From contig CAYQTC010000007.1 in NCBI GenBank assembly GCA_964420435.1, positions 70,018 to 134,017 on the forward strand: DNA of 64,000 bases, written 5' to 3'. The stretch's first letter is position 1. Every line of letters starts with the position of its first letter. A program made the translations under genes and the position numbers. The notes under the pieces were generated by a model that had not been told where the DNA came from, did no database searches, and saw nothing but the letters and a program-made list of their open reading frames with translations. Positions 20,829 to 30,423 of the stretch are shown one piece after another. The stretch comes from an uncultured Geobacter sp. (GTDB lineage Bacteria > Desulfobacterota > Desulfuromonadia > Geobacterales > Pseudopelobacteraceae).

Positions 20829-22058
20829 CTAAAAGTATTTTGTAATCTCCCTTAAAACCGAAGTGGCATAACCGCCTTTCGGCAGCGAAAACTCCAATCG
20901 CAGACAATCACCTTCCAGCGACCAGGCATACTCACCCAGTGGAACCCGCAAGGGACGACGTTCACCTTCCATGCGCAGGCCTCCCGGCAGATCGAAATTT
21001 TCAAGATGTATCCGGGCATTGTCCAGAACCAGCTGTTCCAGATTCAGCGGCTCATTTTGCGGCTGTTTCATACGACAGCCGAACAGTGGGCCGCTGGCCG
21101 AGATTTCAAATGACCGGGCACGCTCCATCTCCTCATCGGCATCTTCTACCAGAAAACAGGCACCGTTGACATGCTTGCAGGCAAGATCACCCGTCAGCAG
21201 TTCATCAATATGATGAATCCGTTGTGCGACCACCTGGTCGAATAGAAATGACTGACAGGCAGATAAATAAAGCTTCTTCAGTCGTGGGTGTACCGTCGAA
21301 AAAGCCTTCTCAAAAGCTTCCGGACGACTTACCAGACGCTGCAGCAGGTCGCGTTCGCTGCGGCAATGGTGAGGGAACAACTGCAGAGACCTGACCAGAT
21401 CTCCCTGCTGATATGCAACTATGGCGGCTCGCCACTGTTCGTCCCTCAGTGAATCCGGTTCCCCGATCAGATGCCCCACAGCCCCCTGCCAATCGCCCCG
21501 CAAGATGGCCGCTCCGATCAGGTGCGAGTTGCCCTGGGCACCATAGCGCTGGGGTCCGAAGTAATTCGGAACACCTCGTCTCTGCAGCAGTTCCAGAATA
21601 GCAGGGACATTCTGCGCGGCATCATCGGACACACCACGAACCGCTATCTGGAAACGATTTCCCTTCAGATGACCCAGTTTGAGCTTGTTGGTATGTCTGC
21701 TGGCGGAAACGACTTTAACTCCATCCAGTTCCAGAGCACAGGTCTTCTCCGGTGAGACACGTTGGACCGATATCGTCTGACGGGTAATGCCGACAGCATC
21801 CTTCATGCCGGCATAGCCGATTTCCCGCTCCGGCACCTTCAGACTCTGGGCAATCCGGCGAACGGCTTCAAGAGTAGTGATGCCGCGCTTCTCGATCGTC
21901 AGGTAACAGTGCTCGCCGGAACCGCAGGGGAGATATGACGGTATTTCCTCCACCAGGAAGTCCTCGGGCGATTCCTTGATTGTTCCTCCGCAGCCGGGAA
22001 TTGCTGATGTCAGGTATGGATGAAAGTTATTAGTATCGAGATTCTTCTTTGTACTCAT
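20829..22058 (-). CDS. truD: tRNA pseudouridine(13) synthase
   Basis: TruD-type motifs GYAGMKD and NYFGPQRYG. The ATG at 22058 overlaps the trmL stop (ATGA). Confidence 0.9.
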   Translation of the reverse strand: MSTKKNLDTNNFHPYLTSAIPGCGGTIKESPEDFLVEEIPSYLPCGSGEHCYLTIEKRGITTLEAVRRIAQSLKVPEREIGYAGMKDAVGITRQTISVQRVSPEKTCALELDGVKVVSASRHTNKLKLGHLKGNRFQIAVRGVSDDAAQNVPAILELLQRRGVPNYFGPQRYGAQGNSHLIGAAILRGDWQGAVGHLIGEPDSLRDEQWRAAIVAYQQGDLVRSLQLFPHHCRSERDLLQRLVSRPEAFEKAFSTVHPRLKKLYLSACQSFLFDQVVAQRIHHIDELLTGDLACKHVNGACFLVEDADEEMERARSFEISASGPLFGCRMKQPQNEPLNLEQLVLDNARIHLENFDLPGGLRMEGERRPLRVPLGEYAWSLEGDCLRLEFSLPKGGYATSVLREITKYF

Positions 22059-22519
22059 ACAATCATCCCGCACTGCCGCAACGCCTCATACAGCACGATT
22101 CCGGCCGAGGTGGAAAGATTAAGACTGCGCACAGATTCGGCGGGCATAGGAATCGTGATCGACGTATCCGGATTTGCAGCAAGCAGATCCTCCGGAAGGC
22201 CTTTGGTCTCTTTGCCGAAAACAATGAAGTCACCCGGCTGGAAACCGGCCTGCAGATAACTTCGTGCAACCTTGGTGCTGAGATAGAAGAAGCGCCCATC
22301 GGGTACTGATGCCTGCAGAGCCGCCAGATCAGGCCATTGCTTAAGTGATACAAACTCCCAGTAGTCAAGCCCGGCCCTTTTCAGATAACGGTCGTCAATG
22401 GAAAAGCCCAGCTTGCCCACCAGATGCAGAACAGCACCGGTAGCGGCGCAGAGACGGGCAATATTGCCGGTATTAGGCGGAATTTCTGGTTCGATCAAAA
22501 CTATATTGAATGGTTTCAT
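22055..22519 (-). CDS. trmL: tRNA (cytidine/uridine-2'-O-)-methyltransferase, SpoU/TrmL family
   Basis: NIVLIEPEIPPNTGNIARLCAATG N-terminus and a C-terminal SLNLSTSAGIVLYEALRQ knot motif. Confidence 0.88.
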   Translation of the reverse strand: MKPFNIVLIEPEIPPNTGNIARLCAATGAVLHLVGKLGFSIDDRYLKRAGLDYWEFVSLKQWPDLAALQASVPDGRFFYLSTKVARSYLQAGFQPGDFIVFGKETKGLPEDLLAANPDTSITIPMPAESVRSLNLSTSAGIVLYEALRQCGMIV

Positions 22520-22619
22520 AGGGCGAATGTATACCATTATTCACCTCTGCGATGCTTGCTTTTTTTTTATGTCGGGGCTACTATGCCGAGATTAAATCCA
22601 TTGAAACTGGAGATTTGCA

Positions 22620-24245
22620 ATGAAGATAATCGTAACTGATGAAGTATCTGCGGAAGGTCTGGCGCTGTTAACCCAGGAACCGCGCATCCAGTTGGATGTT
22701 AAACTCGGATTAAAAAAAGAAGAATTGCTGGCTGTCATTGGCGACTATGAAGCAATCATCACACGCAGCGGCACCACTGTTGACCGGGCCCTGCTGGATG
22801 CTGCCACGAATCTTAAGATCGTAGCCCGTGCCGGAGTCGGCATCGATAATGTTGATGTGGACTACGCCAGCTCCAAAGGGGTCATAGTAGTCAACGCCCC
22901 CTTCGGGAACACCAACAGCGCCGCCGAGCACACCATGGCCCTCCTGCTCTCATTCTGTCGAAATGTAACAACCGCCAACGCCAGTCTCAAAGCCGGCGAA
23001 TGGAAGCGTGCCCCGTTTACGGGCCATGAGCTGAAAGGTAAGATCGCCGGCGTGATCGGCATCGGCAAGGTTGGCGGCCGCGTGGCTACCCGCCTGAAGG
23101 CTTTTGAATGTGAAGTTATGGCCTGTGACCCGTATATTTCCGTCAAACGAGCCCATGATCTGGGAGTCAAACTGGTTTCACACGACGAAATATACAAGAA
23201 CTGCGATATAATTACTGTACATACACCTCTGAACGAAGAAACAAGGGGCATGATCGGACCTCGTGAATTCGGTCTGATGAAAAGCGGCGTGATCATCCTG
23301 AACGTGGCCCGCGGCGGAATCATTGACGAACAGGCCATGCTCGAAAACCTGAACTCAGGCAAAGTAATCGGAGCAGCCTTCGATGTCTGGAGCGAAGAGC
23401 CTCCAGCCACCGAGACCCTCAAGCAGCTGATCGCACACAAGAACCTGGTGGTGACACCGCATCTTGGTGCCAATACTTTCGAAGCCCAGGTCAATGTGGC
23501 CATTGACGTTTCAAAGGAAATATTGAACTACCTGGACGACAAGCCTATGGAGAATGCAGTCAACATTCCGCGCTTTGACCTGGCTCTGATGGACCAGATG
23601 CGTCCATTCCTGAACCTGATGAGCGTAATGTGCGACTTCGGCATCCAACTGGTTGAAGACAACCTGGAAAAAGTTACTTTCGGATTTGCAGGCAGCATCG
23701 CCCATTACGACTGTTCGCCTCTTACAGTTTGCGGACTCAGCGCGCTTCTTAACCGGATGGTTGACCAGGATGTCAATATGGTAAATGCGTCCCTGATCGC
23801 CGAGCAGATGGGCATCGTGGTCGAAGAAAACAAAACGACCCACGCCGATGCTTTTTCCAACGTAATAACTCTGATTATCGAAGCCGGCGGCAAAAAGCGC
23901 ACCATCTCCGGCACGCTCTTCGAGGGAGCTCCCCGCATTGTGAGACTTCGCGATTACACCATGGACTTCAGCCCCGAAGAGCACATGCTGATGCTGCACT
24001 ATGGCGACCGTCCGGGCATGATCGGCAAAATCGGCACAATCATGGGACAGCATGACATCAACATTGCCTCCATGAATCTGGGACGCAGTCAGCAAAAAGG
24101 TGAAGCTATGGTCATCCTCTCGCTTGACTCTGCAGTACCGGACAACGTTGTTGAAGAAATCAAGGCTGCCACAGAGGCCACCTTCATCAAGGCCGTACAC
24201 ATGAGGGTCGGAGCCTGCACCCGCAGCTGCGGCTGTGGGGCCTGA
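22620..24245 (+). CDS. serA: D-3-phosphoglycerate dehydrogenase (long form with ASB and ACT domains)
   Basis: NAD-binding GVIGIGKVGGRVA, catalytic ARGGIIDE...TPHLGA, and a C-terminal ACT-like region. Confidence 0.92.
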   Translation: MKIIVTDEVSAEGLALLTQEPRIQLDVKLGLKKEELLAVIGDYEAIITRSGTTVDRALLDAATNLKIVARAGVGIDNVDVDYASSKGVIVVNAPFGNTNSAAEHTMALLLSFCRNVTTANASLKAGEWKRAPFTGHELKGKIAGVIGIGKVGGRVATRLKAFECEVMACDPYISVKRAHDLGVKLVSHDEIYKNCDIITVHTPLNEETRGMIGPREFGLMKSGVIILNVARGGIIDEQAMLENLNSGKVIGAAFDVWSEEPPATETLKQLIAHKNLVVTPHLGANTFEAQVNVAIDVSKEILNYLDDKPMENAVNIPRFDLALMDQMRPFLNLMSVMCDFGIQLVEDNLEKVTFGFAGSIAHYDCSPLTVCGLSALLNRMVDQDVNMVNASLIAEQMGIVVEENKTTHADAFSNVITLIIEAGGKKRTISGTLFEGAPRIVRLRDYTMDFSPEEHMLMLHYGDRPGMIGKIGTIMGQHDINIASMNLGRSQQKGEAMVILSLDSAVPDNVVEEIKAATEATFIKAVHMRVGACTRSCGCGA

Positions 24246-24260
24246 GGTAATATCAGCACA

Positions 24261-25043
24261 ATGCAGATGCCTAATATCGACCCTGTTTTCATGACCATTG
24301 GCCCGCTCCAGTTTCGCTGGTACGGGCTGATGTACGTTATGGCCTTTGTAGCCACCTACTTCATTATCCGCTCCGAAGTCAAACGCAAGAAACTACCTTT
24401 GACGACCGACGATATCTCCGATCTGGTATTTTACGGAGCTCTGGGCGTCGTACTGGGCGGCAGGCTCGGCTACATACTGTTCTACAACCTTGGATTCTAT
24501 CTGGAAAACCCTCTTAAACTTCTGGCGGTCTGGGAAGGCGGCATGTCGTTTCACGGCGGTTTTCTGGGCGTTGTACTGGTTATGGTATTGTATGCCCGCC
24601 GCAAAAAGCTGTCGTTTCTGACACTTATGGACATGGTCGCACTCTGCTCACCGGTCGGCCTGGGATTAGGCCGGATCGGCAACTTTATCAATGCCGAACT
24701 GTACGGACGTCATACTGATGTGCCGTGGGGCATGATATTCCCGGGCAGCGACGGACAGCCACGACACCCTTCACAGCTTTATGAAGCCTTTCTTGAAGGA
24801 TTGGTGCTTTACTTTATCGTACGTTTTGCTTCAAGAAAATCTGATGCCGCAGGAGTTGCTGCCTGGACCTTTGTAGCCGGCTACGGGCTTTTCCGTTTCT
24901 TTGTAGAGTTCTTCCGCCAGCCCGACGCCCAGATCGGTTTCTTTTTTAATTGGTTCTCCATGGGTCAGTTCCTGAGCCTGCCTATGTTCCTGCTGGGAAT
25001 CTATATGGTCTTCAGGCTTTCGCACCGTTCTAAGCCGCTTTGA
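24261..25043 (+). CDS. lgt: Prolipoprotein diacylglyceryl transferase
   Basis: IGPLQFRWYGLMY, GRLGY and GRIGNFINAELYG motifs. Confidence 0.93.
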   Translation: MQMPNIDPVFMTIGPLQFRWYGLMYVMAFVATYFIIRSEVKRKKLPLTTDDISDLVFYGALGVVLGGRLGYILFYNLGFYLENPLKLLAVWEGGMSFHGGFLGVVLVMVLYARRKKLSFLTLMDMVALCSPVGLGLGRIGNFINAELYGRHTDVPWGMIFPGSDGQPRHPSQLYEAFLEGLVLYFIVRFASRKSDAAGVAAWTFVAGYGLFRFFVEFFRQPDAQIGFFFNWFSMGQFLSLPMFLLGIYMVFRLSHRSKPL

Positions 25044-25130
25044 TCGAAATAAATTCAAAACAATACTCATTCAGGATTGATTAAGTCTTATTTTAAGTTA
25101 TAATGCACTAAAATCCAAGGAGGTCTACCA

Positions 25131-25652
25131 ATGATAAGCAAACAGATGTCGGATGCACTCAACAAACATATGAATCTGGAACTTTATTCAGCCCACCTGT
25201 ATCTAGCCATGTCCTCCTGCTCCAACGACCTGGGCCTGAAGGGCGCAGCCAACTGGTTCTTCGTACAGTACCGTGAAGAGATGATCCACTTCATGAAGTT
25301 TTACACATATCTAACAGACCAGGGCGTGGTCATTTCCCTGCTGGCAAGCGAAAATGTACCAAACGAATACAAATCACTGTTGGAAATGATGCAGAAGACA
25401 CTGGTGCATGAGCAGCTTATCACATCATGCATCAACGACTTGAGCGAACAGGCAGTAACAGAAAAAGACCACGCAACCCAGATTTTCCTGCAGTGGTTCG
25501 TAACAGAGCAGATCGAAGAGGAAAACAACGACCGCGACCTGATAGCAAAACTCAAACTGGTTGGCGACAACGGACACGGCATCCTGATGATCGATGGAGA
25601 AATGGGTCAGCGGGTTTTTGTAGCTCCGACCGGTTCACCTCTGGCTGTTTAG
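25131..25652 (+). CDS. ftn: Non-haem ferritin
   Basis: NKHMNLELYSAHLYLAMS...EEMIHFMKF... ferroxidase-centre residues; 173 aa. Confidence 0.88.
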   Translation: MISKQMSDALNKHMNLELYSAHLYLAMSSCSNDLGLKGAANWFFVQYREEMIHFMKFYTYLTDQGVVISLLASENVPNEYKSLLEMMQKTLVHEQLITSCINDLSEQAVTEKDHATQIFLQWFVTEQIEEENNDRDLIAKLKLVGDNGHGILMIDGEMGQRVFVAPTGSPLAV

Positions 25653-25692
25653 CAAACTGACGCTCACCCGTTTAAGGAATTAGGTGAACTGA

Positions 25693-25926
25693 ATGAAGAT
25701 CCGTTTCTGCGAACACAACAAAGGCAAAGGCAAGATTTTCCGGCGCCTGACGGAAGAGTTCCCTGAGCTGAACATTAAAGTAAAAGACTGCGTCAAACAG
25801 TGCGGCGCCTGCCGCGACATGCCGGTTGCTGTTGTGGACAAAAAAAAGGTAACCGGCAAGGACGGGGATGACCTGTACAAAAAGATCGTTGAACTTATTC
25901 AAAAAGTTGATGCATCAAAAGATTAA
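25693..25926 (+). CDS. DUF1450 (YuzB-like) small cysteine protein (tentative)
   Basis: 77 aa. IRFCEHN ... CVKQCGACRD pattern resembles the YuzB/DUF1450 family. Confidence 0.5.
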   Translation: MKIRFCEHNKGKGKIFRRLTEEFPELNIKVKDCVKQCGACRDMPVAVVDKKKVTGKDGDDLYKKIVELIQKVDASKD

Positions 25927-25972
25927 AACTGAAGTCTGAAATACGGCAACTTGAAAAATGATTTACAAAAAA

Positions 25973-26014
25973 CCCTCTAACTGCAAGTCATTTCAGTTAG
26001 AGGGTTTGTATTTT
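25973..26014. terminator. Bidirectional rho-independent terminator
   Basis: 11-bp stem CCCTCTAACTG/CAGTTAGAGGG (25973-26004) with an A-run upstream and a TTTGTATTTT tract downstream. It lies between convergent genes. Confidence 0.7.
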
Positions 26015-26034
26015 GGCGGAGCAGCTAATATTTG

Positions 26035-26412
26035 TTATTTCAGTATGCCGGCTTTGACTTCGTCATCAATAAAACTTTCTTCAATCGCTTCTCTTGCCCA
26101 CGACTCTTTGCACTGCGCCAATACAGTTGCCGCACCTTCCGCTATGGCAGGGACATCACTCCAAAGGGCATTGCGGATCGATCGCAGCTCATCCGGAGCG
26201 GCCTTCCTGCCCTCACCCCACCCTCGGCAGCGTTGACACAACAGGGCCAGCGACTCCGGAGTTGGCGGCGTATCAGGCAGATAATCCCATATCCGGAGGT
26301 CATCTTTGCTACCGCACCATTCACACTTGAAACCGGCCCGCTTACCAATGGTTTTACCGAGGTTACTGATATCGTCCAGACGTTCTTTGTTGGCCAGATA
26401 ACCTTTTGACAT
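26035..26412 (-). CDS. Hypothetical zinc-ribbon protein
   Basis: Contains CEWCG...CQRC cysteine pairs. The start at M17 (26412) avoids overlap with the upstream gene. No family recognised. Confidence 0.5.
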   Translation of the reverse strand: MSKGYLANKERLDDISNLGKTIGKRAGFKCEWCGSKDDLRIWDYLPDTPPTPESLALLCQRCRGWGEGRKAAPDELRSIRNALWSDVPAIAEGAATVLAQCKESWAREAIEESFIDDEVKAGILK

Positions 26413-26452
26413 TCCGATACCTTTCTGAGTCTGTAAATACTGAACCGGCTCT

Positions 26453-26743
26453 CTAATCAATACATGTCATTTTGTTCACAACTTTTTCTTTGATAAGACT
26501 TGAGACAGCATTGACATAATTCTTGTAATGATCAGTGTTCATATGGTCTTGCAGACAAGCTGCGCTCTCCCAGGTTTCGTAAAAGACAAACACCGCCGGA
26601 TCTTCATTGTCCTGGTGCAGGGTATATTTAATGCAGCCATTTTCCTTCCTGGTTGGCGTGATGAGTTTCAACAACTCGTTTTTGACTGATTCAACGGAAT
26701 CCGGTCTGGCCACAATCTTGGCAACTACATTTAGATCAGACAT
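26453..26743 (-). CDS. Antibiotic-biosynthesis-monooxygenase (ABM/YgiN-like) domain protein
   Basis: About 97 aa with the ferredoxin-like ABM pattern (VVAKIVARPD...YTLHQD...FVFYETWES...HMNTDHYKNY). The ATG at 26743 overlaps the nitroreductase stop by 8 nt. Confidence 0.75.
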   Translation of the reverse strand: MSDLNVVAKIVARPDSVESVKNELLKLITPTRKENGCIKYTLHQDNEDPAVFVFYETWESAACLQDHMNTDHYKNYVNAVSSLIKEKVVNKMTCID

Positions 26744-27269
26744 AATCATCCTCATTTCTGAAATTTTTGATTTTTTCGTATTGAAGTTTATCAGCAGAAA
26801 CAGGTTTTTTCTTCTCGTCAGGATGTCCGATGCCCAATATGGATAAAACTTTTATCTGTTCCGGCAGGCCCAGCAGTTCCTGTACATAACTTTCAGCTGA
26901 CTTTTCGTCATCGTGCTGCCGGTTTCTTATTTGAGCCCAGCAGCTGCCGAGTCCCAAAGACAATGCCGTGAGTTGAATGATTATGGCCGCAATGGAACAA
27001 TCTTCGATCCAGACGTCTGATTTTGTACTGTCAGCGCAGACAACTATTCCAAGAGGTGCGTTTTTGAGAAATTCCGCTCCATGAAGTTTGGATTTCGAAA
27101 GTTTAAGCAGTATCCGGGGGTCCTCCACCAGAATAAATGCCCAGGGATTTATGCCCCGCGATGACGGGGCCCTTAGCGCAGCTTCAATGATTGTCTGAAT
27201 GTTTTCGGGAGCTATTTTTTCAGAAGTGAATTTTCGTATGCTTCGGCGTTTGCGTAATAATTCAATCAT
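26736..27269 (-). CDS. Nitroreductase family protein
   Basis: MIELLRKRRSIRKF N-terminus with GGAG upstream. The ORF-track extension to 27389 would overlap the DCC gene. Confidence 0.85.
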   Translation of the reverse strand: MIELLRKRRSIRKFTSEKIAPENIQTIIEAALRAPSSRGINPWAFILVEDPRILLKLSKSKLHGAEFLKNAPLGIVVCADSTKSDVWIEDCSIAAIIIQLTALSLGLGSCWAQIRNRQHDDEKSAESYVQELLGLPEQIKVLSILGIGHPDEKKKPVSADKLQYEKIKNFRNEDDYV

Positions 27270-27288
27270 TATTTCTCCTGTCGCAGCT

Positions 27289-27705
27289 TCATTTTTTCCT
27301 GCCGATATTGCAGGAACCTTTGTCACAGTCAGTTTTTTTCGGCTGATAAGGGCGGATTCTGGCGAACCCCTTGTACAACAAATGTGCAACTGGATTCACT
27401 AACGGCAGGCTTATAACGGTGCACAGAACTCTATACAGTGTAGAATCCGGGAATGCCTGCCAAATAGCCCAGAATGCATCAACTCCACGGTATATCAAAC
27501 CCCTCCGGTCGATTACATGCAGTTCGTACATGAACGATTTCAGCGAGATACGGTATAACTCCGGTTTAAAGTCAAAATTGCTGATGTCCATAGCAAGAAG
27601 CTTGCCGCCATGATCCTGATGCAGATAGTGCTCAATTTCCGTAGCACAGACTGAACATGACCCATCGTAGAACACCCGGATCGGAAATTCAGGCTTAATC
27701 AACAT
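27289..27705 (-). CDS. Thiol-disulfide oxidoreductase DCC family (DUF393)
   Basis: VFYDGSCSVCATEIEHY signature near the N-terminus. Confidence 0.8.
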   Translation of the reverse strand: MLIKPEFPIRVFYDGSCSVCATEIEHYLHQDHGGKLLAMDISNFDFKPELYRISLKSFMYELHVIDRRGLIYRGVDAFWAIWQAFPDSTLYRVLCTVISLPLVNPVAHLLYKGFARIRPYQPKKTDCDKGSCNIGRKK

Positions 27706-27776
27706 GGTATTTATTCCGGCATCCTGATTTGAATGTTTTTATAATGATCATATTATAACAACACTGAAAATACATG

Positions 27777-28391
27777 CTATTCACTGAAACCGCCGGCAAA
27801 ATCTATAACACACACGCTTCCGAATCCGGGATGTATGCCACATGCGACGCCGGCAGCTTTGAATGCTTTGCCGAAGGTATTTTTCCGATGCCCCCGGTTC
27901 GATACTCCATCGTCGATAATCAGCTGCATGACCATGTTCCTGGCATCCTTTGGACCATAGCCGATATTTTCAGCGATCTGACTTTCCCATTTACCGTGCC
28001 GCTCGATCCGTTCCTGCATCCCGTGAGTCCGCCTGCCGTTATGTCCTATATCGCCGGAACTGCCCTGTTCCTCAGCCAGTTCGGCCGCTGCGGCAGCAAG
28101 CCCGTCCGACCAGGAGAGTGGTGGCAGGGGTTTCAGGCGGGAAAGAAATTTAATCGCCTCATCTACGGCTTTAACACCTTCGTTTGTTTGATTGCGAACG
28201 GGACTGCCAGGAAGAACGAAATACTTGCCACGGAATAGACTGCGGAATTCGCGAATAAAGCCGGCATAAGTCTTTGGTTCGGTTCGTGCCAGATTTATCT
28301 CCTCCAGAACTTGCCTGGACATGTTTTGATCAATGGCAGTTGCTGGTGCAGCTAATGACAGCAGTAAACCAACCAATAAAAATAGTTTCAT
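27777..28391 (-). CDS. Secreted CAP/SCP/PR-1-like domain protein
   Basis: Signal peptide MKLFLLVGLLLSLAAPATA and motifs LARTEP... GHNG ... MQLIIDDG... GHRKN typical of the CAP superfamily. Confidence 0.75.
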   Translation of the reverse strand: MKLFLLVGLLLSLAAPATAIDQNMSRQVLEEINLARTEPKTYAGFIREFRSLFRGKYFVLPGSPVRNQTNEGVKAVDEAIKFLSRLKPLPPLSWSDGLAAAAAELAEEQGSSGDIGHNGRRTHGMQERIERHGKWESQIAENIGYGPKDARNMVMQLIIDDGVSNRGHRKNTFGKAFKAAGVACGIHPGFGSVCVIDFAGGFSE

Positions 28392-28591
28392 TTTATATAT
28401 CCTCAACATAGCACCTACAACACGGCTTTCTTTATCTGCTGCACGCTTTAAAAAAGACGGGACAGCAGTTTTGATATTTCTGACACATATCAAAACATAT
28501 CGACACATATTGACACACCTTGATGCAACCGCAAATTAACTGTAATCACACTCTGCCCTGCAACCTGTCCTGCATTTAACAGCCAACTTTA

Positions 28592-30379
28592 TTACTTTTT
28601 CTGCTGTTCAAGCAAGGATATAAGTTTTTGGCGGTAGGCAGTAACGCTGATCTGGGCGGTCGTGTATTGCAGAAGCGCATCGAGATAATGGAGAGACGGG
28701 GATGAGGCGGGCTTTGATCCGAAATCCGCATAGATGAAGGCCACAACAGTATTTGCTCGTACCAGGGGGAAAAGCAGAACTTCCGGACTCTCCAGCCTGC
28801 CTATCATACGGTAAAGCTGATGAGGCCATATTGAATCGCTATGAAATCCATAGTACATCTGGCCGGTTTTTACGACATCCTCAAAAATGGGCTGGTCATC
28901 GAACGGAATACGCATATTTGAAATGGATACTACTCCTTCACTCTTTTCTCCTTTGATTCCGAAAGAGTGCTCCGCCACCAGCTCGGATTCAGTCACCAAA
29001 AATACAATGGCTCGCTCGAATACTTCGATCAGGTAAGCAAGAACGGCATCTGTTATTTCCGTACGCGTCTTGCAGCCCCGCAACCGGGTGATACAGGTAA
29101 AGAAACGCTGCTCATCGCTGCCGCTGTACTCAGTCGACATGGTCCGGAGAAAGGCTCCCAGCCCGGAACAGAAAAGCAATGCCTGCTGTGCGGAGGACTT
29201 TCCTGAACAGTCTCTGCATGGTCTCGGAATAATTGAACGTATTCCTGAACTTAACGCCTGCAGTCCCAGCGTATCCCAGAAATGCGAACAGGCTGCCAGA
29301 ACAACAGACGCCTGGGGATACTTCTTCAGATCCCTGCAGATCTGTATGGTATCCTGAACGGAATCGTCATGAGGCACATCAAGTATGATAACAAGGTGCA
29401 AAGTCTGGCACAGCAAAAGCCTGATATTTATATCAAGAGAATTTATGTTGTCTGACGAGACCACATAGACACCCTCCTGGAAACAGATCGATCTGACCAT
29501 TGTGGACAGCAGAGTGGACCTTGTAATCACAATCACAGCGATTTCCGGAGGAGCTTCAGATACGGCGCTATCCGATGCGGAACCCGACAGCAGAGCCAGC
29601 AATTGCCGTTTCAGCTCTTTTGCGGCAGTGGGGAATTCTTCAACGATCAGTTTCTTGAGCGCATCAATCGACCGATAGCTTTGGTCGCTGCTGCGCTGAA
29701 TCATGTCCCTTTTTTCCGCCAGCATTTTCTGGAGCATTGACGGGCCTGGTACCGGACCGCTGCCGTCAGAGGTTATAACCGGAGCGTTGACGCCGGGCTG
29801 TTCTGCATCCAGATCCAGATTATCGACTCCGGCAATACTCAGGATCTCATCCATGGTGCCGTCACGCACCTTTTCATCAAAGATACGCAATGACTCCATC
29901 AGAATGCCCTGGGAGTTCAAAATGATTCGTTGAGGGAACTTTGTTCTTGAGAAATGATATTTGTCAGCGTTTTCGGTGTTGGCAATATCCAGAGAAAAAC
30001 GCCCTTCCTTCCAGGTAAGAACTTCGACAATTGTCATCTCTATCAGCAGCTCAATACCGTTATATGCCGCTGTTTCATCGACCATGTTGTGTTCGAGGAG
30101 GGTTATGACCAGGGGCCTGCGATCGCTTCCGGCATTATTCTGTATCTCCAGCGCCCGGACCAGCTGATCTTCCGTTATGGCGCCCGAACTCACAAGAACC
30201 TGGCCGATCCGCACACGACTGTTCAGGAAATTGGCGCTGACCAGATCACCTTCATGGAAAACCAGCTGACTCTCACCTTTTTCGCTGTAGAGCCGGAATA
30301 CTCCGGTTTTCCTGGATCCGTGCAGCAGCTGAATGACATCGATTATCGGAAAGTGTTCCAGATCCCCATTAAGTGACAT
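28592..30379 (-). CDS. DUF4388 (PATAN-like N-terminus) protein with a GAF-like C-terminal region
   Basis: N-terminal GDLEHFPIIDVIQLLHGSRKTGVFRL is the DUF4388 signature. The rest of the 595-aa protein is uncharacterised. Confidence 0.6.
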   Translation of the reverse strand: MSLNGDLEHFPIIDVIQLLHGSRKTGVFRLYSEKGESQLVFHEGDLVSANFLNSRVRIGQVLVSSGAITEDQLVRALEIQNNAGSDRRPLVITLLEHNMVDETAAYNGIELLIEMTIVEVLTWKEGRFSLDIANTENADKYHFSRTKFPQRIILNSQGILMESLRIFDEKVRDGTMDEILSIAGVDNLDLDAEQPGVNAPVITSDGSGPVPGPSMLQKMLAEKRDMIQRSSDQSYRSIDALKKLIVEEFPTAAKELKRQLLALLSGSASDSAVSEAPPEIAVIVITRSTLLSTMVRSICFQEGVYVVSSDNINSLDINIRLLLCQTLHLVIILDVPHDDSVQDTIQICRDLKKYPQASVVLAACSHFWDTLGLQALSSGIRSIIPRPCRDCSGKSSAQQALLFCSGLGAFLRTMSTEYSGSDEQRFFTCITRLRGCKTRTEITDAVLAYLIEVFERAIVFLVTESELVAEHSFGIKGEKSEGVVSISNMRIPFDDQPIFEDVVKTGQMYYGFHSDSIWPHQLYRMIGRLESPEVLLFPLVRANTVVAFIYADFGSKPASSPSLHYLDALLQYTTAQISVTAYRQKLISLLEQQKK

Positions 30380-30423
30380 ATTCTCAGATCTCCATGAGAC
30401 ATTAGATCAGGGTATAAGATACT

